Origin: Candidatus Eiseniibacteriota bacterium
GTDB lineage: Bacteria > Eisenbacteria > RBG-16-71-46 > SZUA-252
Direction: 5' to 3'
NCBI GenBank assembly: GCA_035716005.1
Contig: DASTKG010000097.1
Location: 4,202 to 68,201, forward strand
Length of the DNA: 64,000 bases
Shown: piece after piece, positions 18,296-27,856 of the stretch
Numbering within the stretch: the first letter of the stretch is position 1
How the letters are laid out: each line of letters starts with the position of its first letter
Made by a program: the position numbers and the translations under genes
Notes under the pieces: model-generated
The model's database searches: none
What the model saw: only the letters and a program-made list of their open reading frames with translations
What the model was told of the DNA's origin: nothing

Positions 18296-18503
18296 CGTGA
18301 TTCCCCCTTGCGTAGGTGGATCCCACAGAACCCCACCGCACCACCACCCTGGACCCGTCGTCGCCGACCCTCGGCACGCGGACCCGTACTCGGACAGGGA
18401 GAAAGATCGGCAGCGTGGCGCGGGAACTTGAGGCTTCCGGGGGATATCCGGCGCGATGCAGCCATCCCGCTGGACGGCATGGCGTTACGCGGGGCCCGCG
18501 CGG

Positions 18504-19820
18504 CTACGCCTCGGGGAGTTCGACCTCGGCCGGGGGGAGGCGGCGCTCCTCGATGCCGCGGAAGAAGTACCAATAGAGGACCGACGCCGCCACGTAGAGG
18601 GCCGCCGCGATGAGGAGCGGAACCGTGTATCCGTCCCGCTCGATCATCGCGCCCCCGATGTCGGCGCTGATCGCCCACGCGACGAACCAGGAGAGGGAGA
18701 GAAGACTGTTCGTCACGGCGTGGTCCCGTTCGCGAACGACCTCCATCGCGAAGTGGGACGAGAGCGGCTGGTTCATGTTCATGAGCGTGGAGCGGAGGAA
18801 GAAGGAGGCGACGACGATCGGGAGCCAGCTCGAGAGGCCGAGGACGAGCATGAAGGGGACGGAGGCGAGCTGCGTGGCCACCACGCCCCCGACCAGCCCG
18901 AGCCGCCGCGACACGGCGGGACCGAAGAGATTCCCCACGACCATGAAGCCCTGCATGACGGCGTAGAGCAGCCCGATCGAGGCCGCGCTCAGCCCGAAGC
19001 GGTCGCGGAAGTAGAGATTCATGAAGGGGATGATGAGTCCGGCTCCCAGCCCGATCATCATGGCCGGCAGGATGAGCTTGAGGTGGATCCCCCAGTCGAC
19101 GTCGGCGAGTTCGCGGAGCGCGCCGAGGGGCCGATCCGCCCGCCCGCCCGGCGCCGTCTCGGTCGCGTCGCCCTCCTCCGCCTCGGAGCCGGCCGGCGGC
19201 GTGGCCTTCATGAGGTGAAAGGGCCAGACGGAGACGAGATAGAGGGCGCAGGCCGCGAAGAGGGACCAGCGGAGCGCGAGCCGGCTCGAATCGGTGACGA
19301 GGTGGAAGAGGTGCGGAAGGAGGCCCCCGAGCGCCGACCCGACGATCGCGGAGAAGAAGAGGACCGTGAACGAGGCGCTGAACAGATAGGGGCGCGTCGC
19401 GGGCGAGGACTCCAGCATGATGACGGGCGCGATGGAGAGCCGGAAGACCGTGATCACGCACCCGGCGACGAACGCCACGGTGAGGAGGAACTCGGGCGCC
19501 GTCAGCGTCGCCTGGAGAACGTAGGCGAGCGCGGTCAGCACGCCGGCCGGCACCAGCACCCGCTTCGCCGGAACGCGGCGAAGGATCAGCGCGACCGGAA
19601 TGGCGGCGGCCGCGGCGCCGAGGGATACCTTCGAGAGGATCTGGCCGATGCGCGAGTCGGATACGCCCAGCTCCCGGAGGTAGAGATTGAAGAGGAGCGA
19701 GAAGACCGACTGCCCGAGGCCGATCAGGAAGATGCCGGCGAGGTAGAGGCGCGCGTTCCGTCCCGAATCGCGGACGTGGCGGATGTACTCCCCGACGATC
19801 GACCGAACGGTCTCGACCAC
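18504..19820 (-). CDS. MFS transporter
   Basis: About 12 TM segments in two halves (LLFNLYLRELG...; PFMNLYFRDRFGLS...). Co-directional with the phosphoesterase and rSAM genes. Confidence 0.8.
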   Translation of the reverse strand: MVETVRSIVGEYIRHVRDSGRNARLYLAGIFLIGLGQSVFSLLFNLYLRELGVSDSRIGQILSKVSLGAAAAAIPVALILRRVPAKRVLVPAGVLTALAYVLQATLTAPEFLLTVAFVAGCVITVFRLSIAPVIMLESSPATRPYLFSASFTVLFFSAIVGSALGGLLPHLFHLVTDSSRLALRWSLFAACALYLVSVWPFHLMKATPPAGSEAEEGDATETAPGGRADRPLGALRELADVDWGIHLKLILPAMMIGLGAGLIIPFMNLYFRDRFGLSAASIGLLYAVMQGFMVVGNLFGPAVSRRLGLVGGVVATQLASVPFMLVLGLSSWLPIVVASFFLRSTLMNMNQPLSSHFAMEVVRERDHAVTNSLLSLSWFVAWAISADIGGAMIERDGYTVPLLIAAALYVAASVLYWYFFRGIEERRLPPAEVELPEA

Positions 19821-19826
19821 GGCGCC

Positions 19827-20639
19827 CTAGAACCGGCCCCGCGCGCGCTCCTTCGCGGGGAGGATTTCGAGACAGGTCGTCCACCATCCGGTGCGGATCG
19901 TCTCCACGAAGGGCGCGGGAAGCCGTTCCTCCTCCATCTCCAGCGCAAGCGACTCGAAGTCGTAGGCGACCGGGACGAACTCCGCCGTCTCGGAGCCGGG
20001 CGGAAGCCACGCGTACCAAACCTCGGTGCGGCCGTCGTTCGCGGGGCGGCCGATCGCGCCGACGTTGATCGCGCGCGAGCCGCCCGGAAGCTCGCGCTGC
20101 CAGGGAATGCCGGTGTGGGTGCAGAGCATCACGTCGGCCCCGGCCTCGCGCGCGAGGCGGGCGAGGAACGCGTCGGAGGAGGCGGACTCCCAGAGGAACT
20201 CGTTCGTGCGGCGCGGCGAGCCGTGGCAGAGGAGCCAGCGGCGCCCGCCGCGCTCGAAGCGGATCTCGCCGGGGAGCGCGCCGAGCCACGCGCGCTCGGC
20301 GTCGGTCGTCCGCCGGTCGGTGTAGTCGAAGGAGAGTTGCGCGTAGCGATTGTCGTCGGGATGCGTGTAGCCGCAGCCGCAATCGGAGAGCCGGCTCGCC
20401 AGCGACCGGTCGTAGTTCCCCGCGAGGGTCGCCACGTCGTTCGCCTGGAGGATCGGGAAGATCTTTCCGGGATTCGGTCCGAAACCGCCGAGGTCGCCGA
20501 GGCAGAAGAGCCGCGCGGCCCCGCGGCGGCGGGCGTCCTCGACGGCGGCGCGGAGCGCGACATGATTGTTGTACGGACCGCCGAAGAAGGCGAGCCCCCC
20601 CTCGAGAGAGGCGTCCCGCATCGGATGAGCCTTCACCAT
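19827..20639 (-). CDS. Calcineurin-like metallophosphoesterase with a variant first motif
   Basis: CLGDLGGFGP, GNYD, CHGSP and CTHTG. The first motif reads GGPYNN rather than DxHGN, and there is a CGCGY insert. Confidence 0.8.
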   Translation of the reverse strand: MVKAHPMRDASLEGGLAFFGGPYNNHVALRAAVEDARRRGAARLFCLGDLGGFGPNPGKIFPILQANDVATLAGNYDRSLASRLSDCGCGYTHPDDNRYAQLSFDYTDRRTTDAERAWLGALPGEIRFERGGRRWLLCHGSPRRTNEFLWESASSDAFLARLAREAGADVMLCTHTGIPWQRELPGGSRAINVGAIGRPANDGRTEVWYAWLPPGSETAEFVPVAYDFESLALEMEEERLPAPFVETIRTGWWTTCLEILPAKERARGRF

Positions 20640-20646
20640 GCGCGCG

Positions 20647-21540
20647 TCAATTCCGGCAGCTGGCTCCGGTCGCCCAGCAGGTGTGGCAGGCGCCGTGGGC
20701 CAGCGGGAAGGGGCGCATCGACTCGCGCAGCGTCGGCGCGAGGAGCGCGTCGGGCGCGTCGATGAGGATGGGACAGACGTAGACGCCGCGGCTCGTCACC
20801 ATCCGGCTGTTCGAGCACTGGAGATTCCAGAAATCGTAGCCGCGGAGATGTTCGTCCGTGAGGATCTCGGCCGGGGCGTAGCCCCTCGATCGCGTCGTTT
20901 CCCGTCCCAGGAGAAAGAGCGGGAGGATCTTCACGCGCGGCCGGGCGATCCCCTCCCCGCGGAGGAACGCGTGGAACTCCGCGCGAAGCCGGACGTCGTC
21001 CGCGTCATCCCAGGTCCGGGCCACGGTCACGATCGGGAGGAAGCCGGCCTCGGAGAGGACGCGCATCCCCGCCACCGTCGCGTCGAAGGTCCCCTCCCCC
21101 CGGATCGGGTCGTTCATCGCCGCGGTCAGCCCGTCGAGGCTCACGCGCATCTCGAGCGCGTAGCGGCTCGCCCGCTCGAGGCGCGCGAGCGACCGAGCGC
21201 GCTCCGCGGAGACGAGCGTCGCGTTGGTGAGCACGCTCGCCGGCCCCACGCGAAGCGCGTCCTCCAGGATCCCGTCGAGCTCCTTGTGGAGGAACGGCTC
21301 GCCGCCGGTGAAGTAGAAGTCCCGCGCGCCCATCGACTCGGCCTCGGACAGGTAGCGGCGGACCGAGTCGCGCGGCATGTAGTCGTGGCTCCGGTTGGCC
21401 GGCCCGCAGGAGATGAAGCAGTGCCGGCACCGGAGATTGCAGATCGTCCCCGCGACCTGGAACCAGACCGTGTCGAGGGCGAGAGCCGGCGCCGACGGTG
21501 CGCGGACGGCCGTCAGCGGGATGGGTTCGGTGCGTGCCAT
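20647..21540 (-). CDS. Radical SAM protein with a Cys-rich C-terminus
   Basis: CNLRCRHC (CxxxCxxC), FTGGEPF, VLTNAT and VSLDG. C-terminal QCSNSR...VCP...CHTC...SC. Confidence 0.88.
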   Translation of the reverse strand: MARTEPIPLTAVRAPSAPALALDTVWFQVAGTICNLRCRHCFISCGPANRSHDYMPRDSVRRYLSEAESMGARDFYFTGGEPFLHKELDGILEDALRVGPASVLTNATLVSAERARSLARLERASRYALEMRVSLDGLTAAMNDPIRGEGTFDATVAGMRVLSEAGFLPIVTVARTWDDADDVRLRAEFHAFLRGEGIARPRVKILPLFLLGRETTRSRGYAPAEILTDEHLRGYDFWNLQCSNSRMVTSRGVYVCPILIDAPDALLAPTLRESMRPFPLAHGACHTCWATGASCRN

Positions 21541-21686
21541 GGGAGAGGTCTCAGCGTATCACGCGGGCGCGGGCGAGGACAGCGACCAGAGACCTCTCCC
21601 CGGCCGCCGCCCGATCGGGAATCGACCGTGCCTTCTATGGTATCCTCCGCGCTCTCGGAGCCCCCCGTTTCGGAGGCATCATCCGC

Positions 21687-22712
21687 ATGATCTGGGAAGT
21701 GATCATCGTCGGCGCCGGCCCCGCGGGCCTCACCGCCGCCCTCTTCACCCGGATGCGCCGCATGTCGACCCTCCTCATCGACACGGCCGTCGCCGGCGGG
21801 CAGCTCGCGTCCCTCTACCCGAAGAAGCTGGTCCACGACTTCCCCTCCTACCTCCAGGTGATGGGCGACGCGCTGGGCCGGAATTTCGTCGACCAGGCGA
21901 ACCACATGGGGTCGGAGATCCGCGAGGGCGAGCACGTCTCCATGATCGCGCGCGACGACGAGGCCGACACGATTCGCGTCACCAGCAACAAGGGCGTCTA
22001 CGAGGCCCGCGCCGTCATCGTCGCCACGGGCGGCGGCGCCTTCGAGCCGCGCAGGATCAAGAAGCCGGGCGAGGAGGAGTTCAAGGGGCGAGGCGTCACG
22101 TACGGCATGCCCGACGTCGAGACGTGCCGCGGCAAGCGCGTCCTCGTGATCGGGGGGGGCGACAGCGCCCTCGAGGCCGCCATCTCGCTCAAGGAGACGG
22201 CCGACGTCACCCTGATCCACATGCTCGACAAGTGGCAGGGGATGGATGCCTACGTCGAGGAGGTCCGGGAATCGCCGCGCGTCCGCGCGCTGCTCGACAC
22301 GGAGACGGTGGAGATCCGGGGCGGCGAGGGCGCCGCGGGCGTCGTGCGATCGGTGCTGGTGAGGAACAAGAAGACGGAGGCGACGGAGGAAATTCCCGTC
22401 GATCTCGTCGCCATCAACATCGGCTACCTGATGGACACGAAGATCGTCCGGCAGTGGGGGCTGGAGCTGGAGGGGAACCAGATCCGGACCGACAACGTGA
22501 TGAAGACGAACGTGAAGGGCGTCTTCGCCTGCGGCGACATCGCCACCTACCCGGGGAAGTACAAGCTCCTCATCACCGCCTGCAGCGAGGGAGCCGCCGC
22601 CGCGAACACCGCGTACATCCACGTGCGGCAGCCGAAGAAGTTCACCGTCGGCGAGCTCTACGCCGCTCCGAAGGACGAGGGCGACGCCCAGGCCGCGCCC
22701 GCGGCGACCTGA
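21687..22712 (+). CDS. Thioredoxin-reductase-like ferredoxin--NADP(+) reductase (YumC/Fnr2 type)
   Basis: GAGPAG, GGQLASLYPKKLVHDFP (YumC-like), GGGDSA and GVFACGD. It lacks the TrxB CxxC. Confidence 0.78.
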   Translation: MIWEVIIVGAGPAGLTAALFTRMRRMSTLLIDTAVAGGQLASLYPKKLVHDFPSYLQVMGDALGRNFVDQANHMGSEIREGEHVSMIARDDEADTIRVTSNKGVYEARAVIVATGGGAFEPRRIKKPGEEEFKGRGVTYGMPDVETCRGKRVLVIGGGDSALEAAISLKETADVTLIHMLDKWQGMDAYVEEVRESPRVRALLDTETVEIRGGEGAAGVVRSVLVRNKKTEATEEIPVDLVAINIGYLMDTKIVRQWGLELEGNQIRTDNVMKTNVKGVFACGDIATYPGKYKLLITACSEGAAAANTAYIHVRQPKKFTVGELYAAPKDEGDAQAAPAAT

Positions 22713-22720
22713 CGCCGGAT

Positions 22721-24067
22721 CTACGCGCCGGCGATCGTCAGCTGCTTGAAGCGGAGGCTCGGCGAGGAGAAGACGTTCCGCACCTCGAGGTCCCGCCCGA
22801 CACTGTCGATTCCGAGCAGCATCTCGTCGAGCCGTCCCGACACGGCGACCCGCTCCACGGGCTGGGCCAGCGCGCCCTTCTCGATCCATCGCCCCACGGC
22901 CTGCTGCGAGTACTGCCCCGACACCGTGTCGACCCCCGATCCCGTGAGCTCGGTGACGTAGAGTCCGCGCGGCGTCTCGGAAATCATCTTGTCGAGCGCG
23001 GTCCGGCCCGCCGCGATGTAGAGATTCGTCGATCCCACCGCCGGAAGCGTGTCGTAGTTGCGCGCCGCGTTCCCGGTGAAACGAACGCTGAAGCGGTGGG
23101 CGGTGGCCGCGGTGTTGAGGAACTTGACCAACGTCCCTCCGTCGATGACCACCGTCCGGCGCTGCTGCACCCCCTCCCCGTCGAAGGGGCGCGTGCCGAG
23201 TCCGCGGCGAAAGATCCCGTCGTCGACGAGCGTCACGAGCGGGGACGCCACGACCTGATTGTGCTTCCCTCCGAGGAAGCTGCGGAGCTCCAGCGCGTTC
23301 GTCGCGCTGATGGCCGGCACGAGCCCCGCCACGAACGTCGCGGCCGCGCCGGCCTCGAAGATGACCGGCGCCTGCGTGGTCGGGACGGGCTTCGCGCCGA
23401 GACGCGCCGTGGCCCTCTCCGCCGCCTTCCGGCCCACGACCTCGGGGATGGCGAGATCGGCGACGATGCGCCTCCGATCGCCGAAGGCCCCTTCGCGCCT
23501 CGTCGCGCCGTCCGAGGCGATGGCCGTGACGCCGAGCCAGCAGCTCGTCGACTTGTAGGTCAGGTACGGCACGAACGTGTTCGTGAAATGGACCTCGTAG
23601 AGGGCGAATCCCGCTCGAGCGTCCCGGGTCGACTGCACCCGTTTGTCCGCGGCGAAGGCGTGTCCCTCGGTCTTTCGAGCGAGGTCGATGACGTCGGCCG
23701 GGCGCAACGCCTCGATCGCCGGGTCGTAGATCTCGAGATTCTCGAGGAGCGGGAGCTGCTCGTCGGGGAGCCGGTTCTCGTCGCGAGGGGAGTTCATCGA
23801 GGCGAGAGCGATGGTTCGCCGCACCAGTTCGTCGACGATGTTCGGGCGGATGTCGGTCGTGTAGGAGAAGCCGACCTTTCGGTCGACGAAGACCCGAAAG
23901 CCGAGGCCCTGGATCGCCGACTGGACCAGGTACTCGACCTCGGTCTGGCGGACGCGGGCCTCCGTGAAATTGGCGATCTCGAGGTAGACCTCGACCTCGG
24001 CGGCGCCGGAGCGCATCGCGTGGTCCCGAACGCGGACCAGGATCTCCTGTGGCGTGAAGGCCGGCAT
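22721..24067 (-). CDS. pmbA: PmbA/TldE family protein
   Basis: GLGFRVFVDRKVGFSYT, LVDDG...RPFDGEG and GQYS...G. No HExxxH. Directly downstream of TldD. Confidence 0.85.
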   Translation of the reverse strand: MPAFTPQEILVRVRDHAMRSGAAEVEVYLEIANFTEARVRQTEVEYLVQSAIQGLGFRVFVDRKVGFSYTTDIRPNIVDELVRRTIALASMNSPRDENRLPDEQLPLLENLEIYDPAIEALRPADVIDLARKTEGHAFAADKRVQSTRDARAGFALYEVHFTNTFVPYLTYKSTSCWLGVTAIASDGATRREGAFGDRRRIVADLAIPEVVGRKAAERATARLGAKPVPTTQAPVIFEAGAAATFVAGLVPAISATNALELRSFLGGKHNQVVASPLVTLVDDGIFRRGLGTRPFDGEGVQQRRTVVIDGGTLVKFLNTAATAHRFSVRFTGNAARNYDTLPAVGSTNLYIAAGRTALDKMISETPRGLYVTELTGSGVDTVSGQYSQQAVGRWIEKGALAQPVERVAVSGRLDEMLLGIDSVGRDLEVRNVFSSPSLRFKQLTIAGA

Positions 24068-24069
24068 GG

Positions 24070-25623
24070 CTAGACGGCGGTCCCCCCGACCGTGAGCGAG
24101 GCGAAGCGGACGGTCGGCTGACCGACGCCGACGGGGATGCTCTGGGTCTCCTTCGTGCAGGTTCCGATCGCCGTCTCGACGAAGAGGTCGTTCCCGACGC
24201 CCTCGACCTGCTGCAGCGCGTCGAGCGCGTTTCCGACGATGACCGCGCCCTGCACGGGGCGCGTGATCTGGCCGTTCTCGATCAGGTATCCCTCCCGCAC
24301 GGCGAAATTGAAATTGCCGCTCGTGGTGTCGACTCCGCCGACGCCCAGCATGGCGGCGTAGAGGCCCTTCTTGATGCCCGTGACGAGCGAATCGGGAGTG
24401 CTCTGGCCCCGGTCGATGTAGGTGTTGCTCATGCGAGGGAGGGGGCGGTGCCGGTAGTTCATGCGGCGGCCGTTCCCCGTGGATTTCAGGCCGAGGATGG
24501 AGGCGTTCTGCCGGTCGAGGAGATAGGAGACGAGGACGCCCCGATCGACGAGGACCGTCTTCTGGCCGATCGTTCCCTCGTCGTCCACCGGATAGGAGCC
24601 CCGTCCGAACGGAATCCGCGAGTCGTCGACGACCCGGAGCAGGGGCGAGCCGATCTGCGTCCCGAGCTTCCCGGTGATGATCGACGTCCCGCGGCTGATC
24701 TCCTCGCCCTCCAGGGCGTGCCCCAGCGCCTCGTGCATCAGGACGCCGCCCCAGCCGGGGCCCGTGACGACCGGCATCGATCCCGCGGGAGCCGGGCCGG
24801 CCTGCAGGAGCACGAGCGCCTGTTCCGCGGCCTCGCGCCCGGCGGCTTCGGGCGTGCGCCGCGTGAAGTACCCCTCGTCGACGCGTCCTCCGATGGCGCT
24901 GAAACCGTTGCGCCGTTCCGACCCGTCCACGGCCGTGGCCGTGCAGGTGATCGAGACGAGGTACTGCCGGTCGGTGACGTAGACGCCGTCCGACGTCGCG
25001 ATCAGGATGTCGCGCACCTCGTCGTTGTACTCGACGCGAACCGAGGCGATGCGGGGATCGGTCGCGCGGGCCGCCTCGTCGAACCGGCGCACGAAGCCGA
25101 ACTTCAGATCCTCGTTCATGAGCGGCGCCGGCGCGCGCAGGGTCATGATCGGCATGATCGGCTTCACCGCGAGATCGACCGGCGAGACGGGGCTCCGATT
25201 CTCCACGACGTTCGACGCCAGGCGGCCCGCGTCGAGCAGCGAGTTGAAGTCGATATCGTCGGAGAAGGCGTAGCCGGCCTGCTGCCGGAACATCACGTGA
25301 ACGCCGGCGCCGCGAGGGTAGCCGTACGTGACCGATTCGAGCTTGCCGCCGTCGAGGACGATGGAGGTGGTGTAGCGCTGCTCGGCGAAGAGGTCGGAGA
25401 AGGTTCCCCCGCGCTTCAGCGACTCGATGATGATCTGGTTGCAGGTCTCGACGTTGAGGGTGTCGCTGAGTTCCTGGCCCATCCCCATGATGGCGGCGTC
25501 CGCCTCCCCGGAGCCCGGCAGCCAGGGAACGCCCGGCATTCCGGAGGCCAGGAGGGCCGCGGCCGAGGCCAGGGCGCCGCGGCGAAGGAATACCCGTCGA
25601 GAGATCGGTTCGTCGATCGGCAT
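24070..25623 (-). CDS. tldD: TldD family metalloprotease with an N-terminal twin-arginine signal peptide
   Basis: HEALGHALE, DDEG, GNGRR...PRMSNTY and C-terminal CTKETQSIPVGVGQPT. N-terminus SRRVFLRRGALASAAALL...EADA. Confidence 0.88.
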   Translation of the reverse strand: MPIDEPISRRVFLRRGALASAAALLASGMPGVPWLPGSGEADAAIMGMGQELSDTLNVETCNQIIIESLKRGGTFSDLFAEQRYTTSIVLDGGKLESVTYGYPRGAGVHVMFRQQAGYAFSDDIDFNSLLDAGRLASNVVENRSPVSPVDLAVKPIMPIMTLRAPAPLMNEDLKFGFVRRFDEAARATDPRIASVRVEYNDEVRDILIATSDGVYVTDRQYLVSITCTATAVDGSERRNGFSAIGGRVDEGYFTRRTPEAAGREAAEQALVLLQAGPAPAGSMPVVTGPGWGGVLMHEALGHALEGEEISRGTSIITGKLGTQIGSPLLRVVDDSRIPFGRGSYPVDDEGTIGQKTVLVDRGVLVSYLLDRQNASILGLKSTGNGRRMNYRHRPLPRMSNTYIDRGQSTPDSLVTGIKKGLYAAMLGVGGVDTTSGNFNFAVREGYLIENGQITRPVQGAVIVGNALDALQQVEGVGNDLFVETAIGTCTKETQSIPVGVGQPTVRFASLTVGGTAV

Positions 25624-25689
25624 CCCGATGATCGTGTCATGATCGCGCGTCGGTTGCAAGCGCAGGGGGCGCGCTGGTAGCATCCGGGC

Positions 25690-26115
25690 ATGGAACGCAT
25701 CCGGAACAGGATCTTCTCGGTGGAGGAGGCGAACCGGCTCCTTCCGGTCCTCGAGACGGCCCTCGACTCCCTTTCGAGGACCGCGCGCGAGGCGACCATG
25801 CTCCGGCGGGAGATCGAGGTTCTCGGCGCCATCGCGGGGAGCGGCGCGAGCGAGGAGAGCCCCGACGTCCGGTCGCTCCGCGAAAAGGAGCGGGCTCAGG
25901 CCGCCCTCCTGGAGCGATTCCGAGGCGACCTGGCCTCGATCGCCCGGCACGGCTGCATTCTGCGCGATCTCGACCTCGGTCTCGTCGACTTCTACACGAT
26001 GGCGCACGGGCGGGTCGTTTGCCTCTGCTGGCGGAGGGGCGAGCCCCGCATCGAGCACTGGCATCCGCTCGACGAGGGCTTCTCCGGCCGCCGGCCCCTC
26101 TCCGAACTACTCTGA
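25690..26115 (+). CDS. DUF2203 family protein
   Basis: FSVEEANRLLP...GCILRDLDLGLVDF...LCWRRGEPRIEHWH...GFSGRRPL. Confidence 0.82.
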   Translation: MERIRNRIFSVEEANRLLPVLETALDSLSRTAREATMLRREIEVLGAIAGSGASEESPDVRSLREKERAQAALLERFRGDLASIARHGCILRDLDLGLVDFYTMAHGRVVCLCWRRGEPRIEHWHPLDEGFSGRRPLSELL

Positions 26116-26143
26116 CCCAGGCGGCGCCACCGCGCCACGAGAC

Positions 26144-27856
26144 ATGGACAAGCGCGACGTCGCCCGAATCCTCGACGAGATCGCCGTCCTCCTGGAGCTG
26201 AAGGGCGAGAACCCCTTCAAGATCCGCGCCTACGAAAACGCCTCCCGCGTCCTCGACGGCCTCGCCGAAGATCTCGGCGCGCGCGTCGAGGCGGGCACGC
26301 TCACCGAGCTGAAGGGGATCGGCAAGACCCTCGGCGAGCAGATCACCGAGCTCTGGCGCACCGGGCGCATGAAGTTCTACGACGACCTGGCCGACGCCAC
26401 GCCGCCCGGCTATCTCGAGATGATCCGCGTCCCCGGACTCGGGGCGAAGAAGGTGCGGGCGCTCGGCGAGGGGCTCGGCATCACGACGCTCGCGAAGCTG
26501 AAGCGCGCCGCCGAGAAGGGCGAGATCCGCGACCTGGAGGGTTTCGGCGCCCAGTCCGAGAAGAAGATCCTCGAGGGAATCGCGCTCCTCGAGGCGGGCG
26601 CCGGGCGCTCCCTCGCCGGCCGGGTGCGTCCGGTGGCCGAGGCGCTCCTGGCCGCGCTCCGCGAGCACCCCGACGTCGAGCGGGCCGAGATCGGCGGGAG
26701 CCTTCGCCGCTGGGCCGAGACGGTGAAAGACGTCGATCTCCTCGTCGCCACCAGGAAGCCGGCCGCCGTCACGAAGGCGTTCCTCGCGCTCGTCCCCGGC
26801 GCCTCGGTCACCGGCAGCGGCGAGACGAAGACTTCGATCCGGCTTCCCTCCGGCCTCGCCGTCGACGTCCGCCTGGTGACGCCGGCCGAGTTCCCGTTCG
26901 CGCTCCACTATTTCACGGGAAACGTGGCCCACAACATCCGCGTCCGCTCGAGGGCGCAGGAGCGCGGCATGAGCCTGAACGAGTACGCGCTCACCGGGAA
27001 ACGGCACGCCGCGATCCACGACGAGTCGGATCTCTTCCGCGTGCTCGGCCTCGCCTACATCGAACCCGAGATGCGCGAGGACCTGGGCGAGATCGAGGCC
27101 GCGGAGAGCGGCTCCCTGCCGACGCTCGTCGAGCTGAAGGACATGCGCGGCATCCTCCACTGCCACACGACGGCCAGCGACGGGAAGTCGACCCTCGAGG
27201 AGATGGCCGAGGCGGCGGCCGCGTGGGGCGCGGACTATCTCGGCATCGCCGATCACTCGGTCTCCGCCCGCTACGCCAACGGCCTCTCGGAGGCCGAGCT
27301 GAAGCGCCAGGGCGCCGCCATCGACAAGTGGAACGCCTCGTCGCGAACGCTCCGGATTCTGAAGGGCGCGGAGGTCGACATCCTTCCCGACGGCTCGCTC
27401 GACTACCCCGACAAGGTGCTCGCCCGCCTCGACTTCGTCGTCGCCTCCGTCCACTCGAACTTCGGCATGACCGAGGACGCGATGACGGCGCGCATGGTGA
27501 AGGCGCTCCGGAACAAGTACGTCTCCATCCTGGGCCATCCCACGGGCCGGCTCCTCCTCGAGCGCGACGCCTACAAGGTGCGGCTGGAGGAGGTGGTGCG
27601 CGTGGCGACGGAGGAGGGCGTGGTCGTGGAGATCAACGCGAACCCGCACCGCCTCGACCTCGAATGGCGCGTCGCGCGGGCGGCGAAGGAGCGCGGGACG
27701 CGCTTCGCGGTGAATCCCGACGCGCACCACGTGAGCGGCTACGACGACATCCGCTACGGGATCGGCGTGGCGCGGAAGGCGTGGCTCACGAAGAAGGACG
27801 TGGTCAACACGCTCCCGGCGGCGAAGCTCCTCGCCCTCTTCGAGGCGAGGCGATGA
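26144..27856 (+). CDS. polX: DNA polymerase X with a C-terminal PHP (exonuclease) domain
   Basis: GENPFKIRAY, HhH motifs GIGK and GLGAKK, GSLRR...KDVDL, FTG...HN. PHP motifs HCHT..SDG, DH, EVDI and DAH are intact. Confidence 0.93.
   Translation: MDKRDVARILDEIAVLLELKGENPFKIRAYENASRVLDGLAEDLGARVEAGTLTELKGIGKTLGEQITELWRTGRMKFYDDLADATPPGYLEMIRVPGLGAKKVRALGEGLGITTLAKLKRAAEKGEIRDLEGFGAQSEKKILEGIALLEAGAGRSLAGRVRPVAEALLAALREHPDVERAEIGGSLRRWAETVKDVDLLVATRKPAAVTKAFLALVPGASVTGSGETKTSIRLPSGLAVDVRLVTPAEFPFALHYFTGNVAHNIRVRSRAQERGMSLNEYALTGKRHAAIHDESDLFRVLGLAYIEPEMREDLGEIEAAESGSLPTLVELKDMRGILHCHTTASDGKSTLEEMAEAAAAWGADYLGIADHSVSARYANGLSEAELKRQGAAIDKWNASSRTLRILKGAEVDILPDGSLDYPDKVLARLDFVVASVHSNFGMTEDAMTARMVKALRNKYVSILGHPTGRLLLERDAYKVRLEEVVRVATEEGVVVEINANPHRLDLEWRVARAAKERGTRFAVNPDAHHVSGYDDIRYGIGVARKAWLTKKDVVNTLPAAKLLALFEARR

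Noticed and set aside
20647-20649. Other TGA stops checked for Sec readthrough (rSAM here; also mrp, DUF2203 and the DUF899-like gene)
   Set aside because: Each is closely followed by the next gene or by sequence with no motif-like continuation, unlike the case at 30180.
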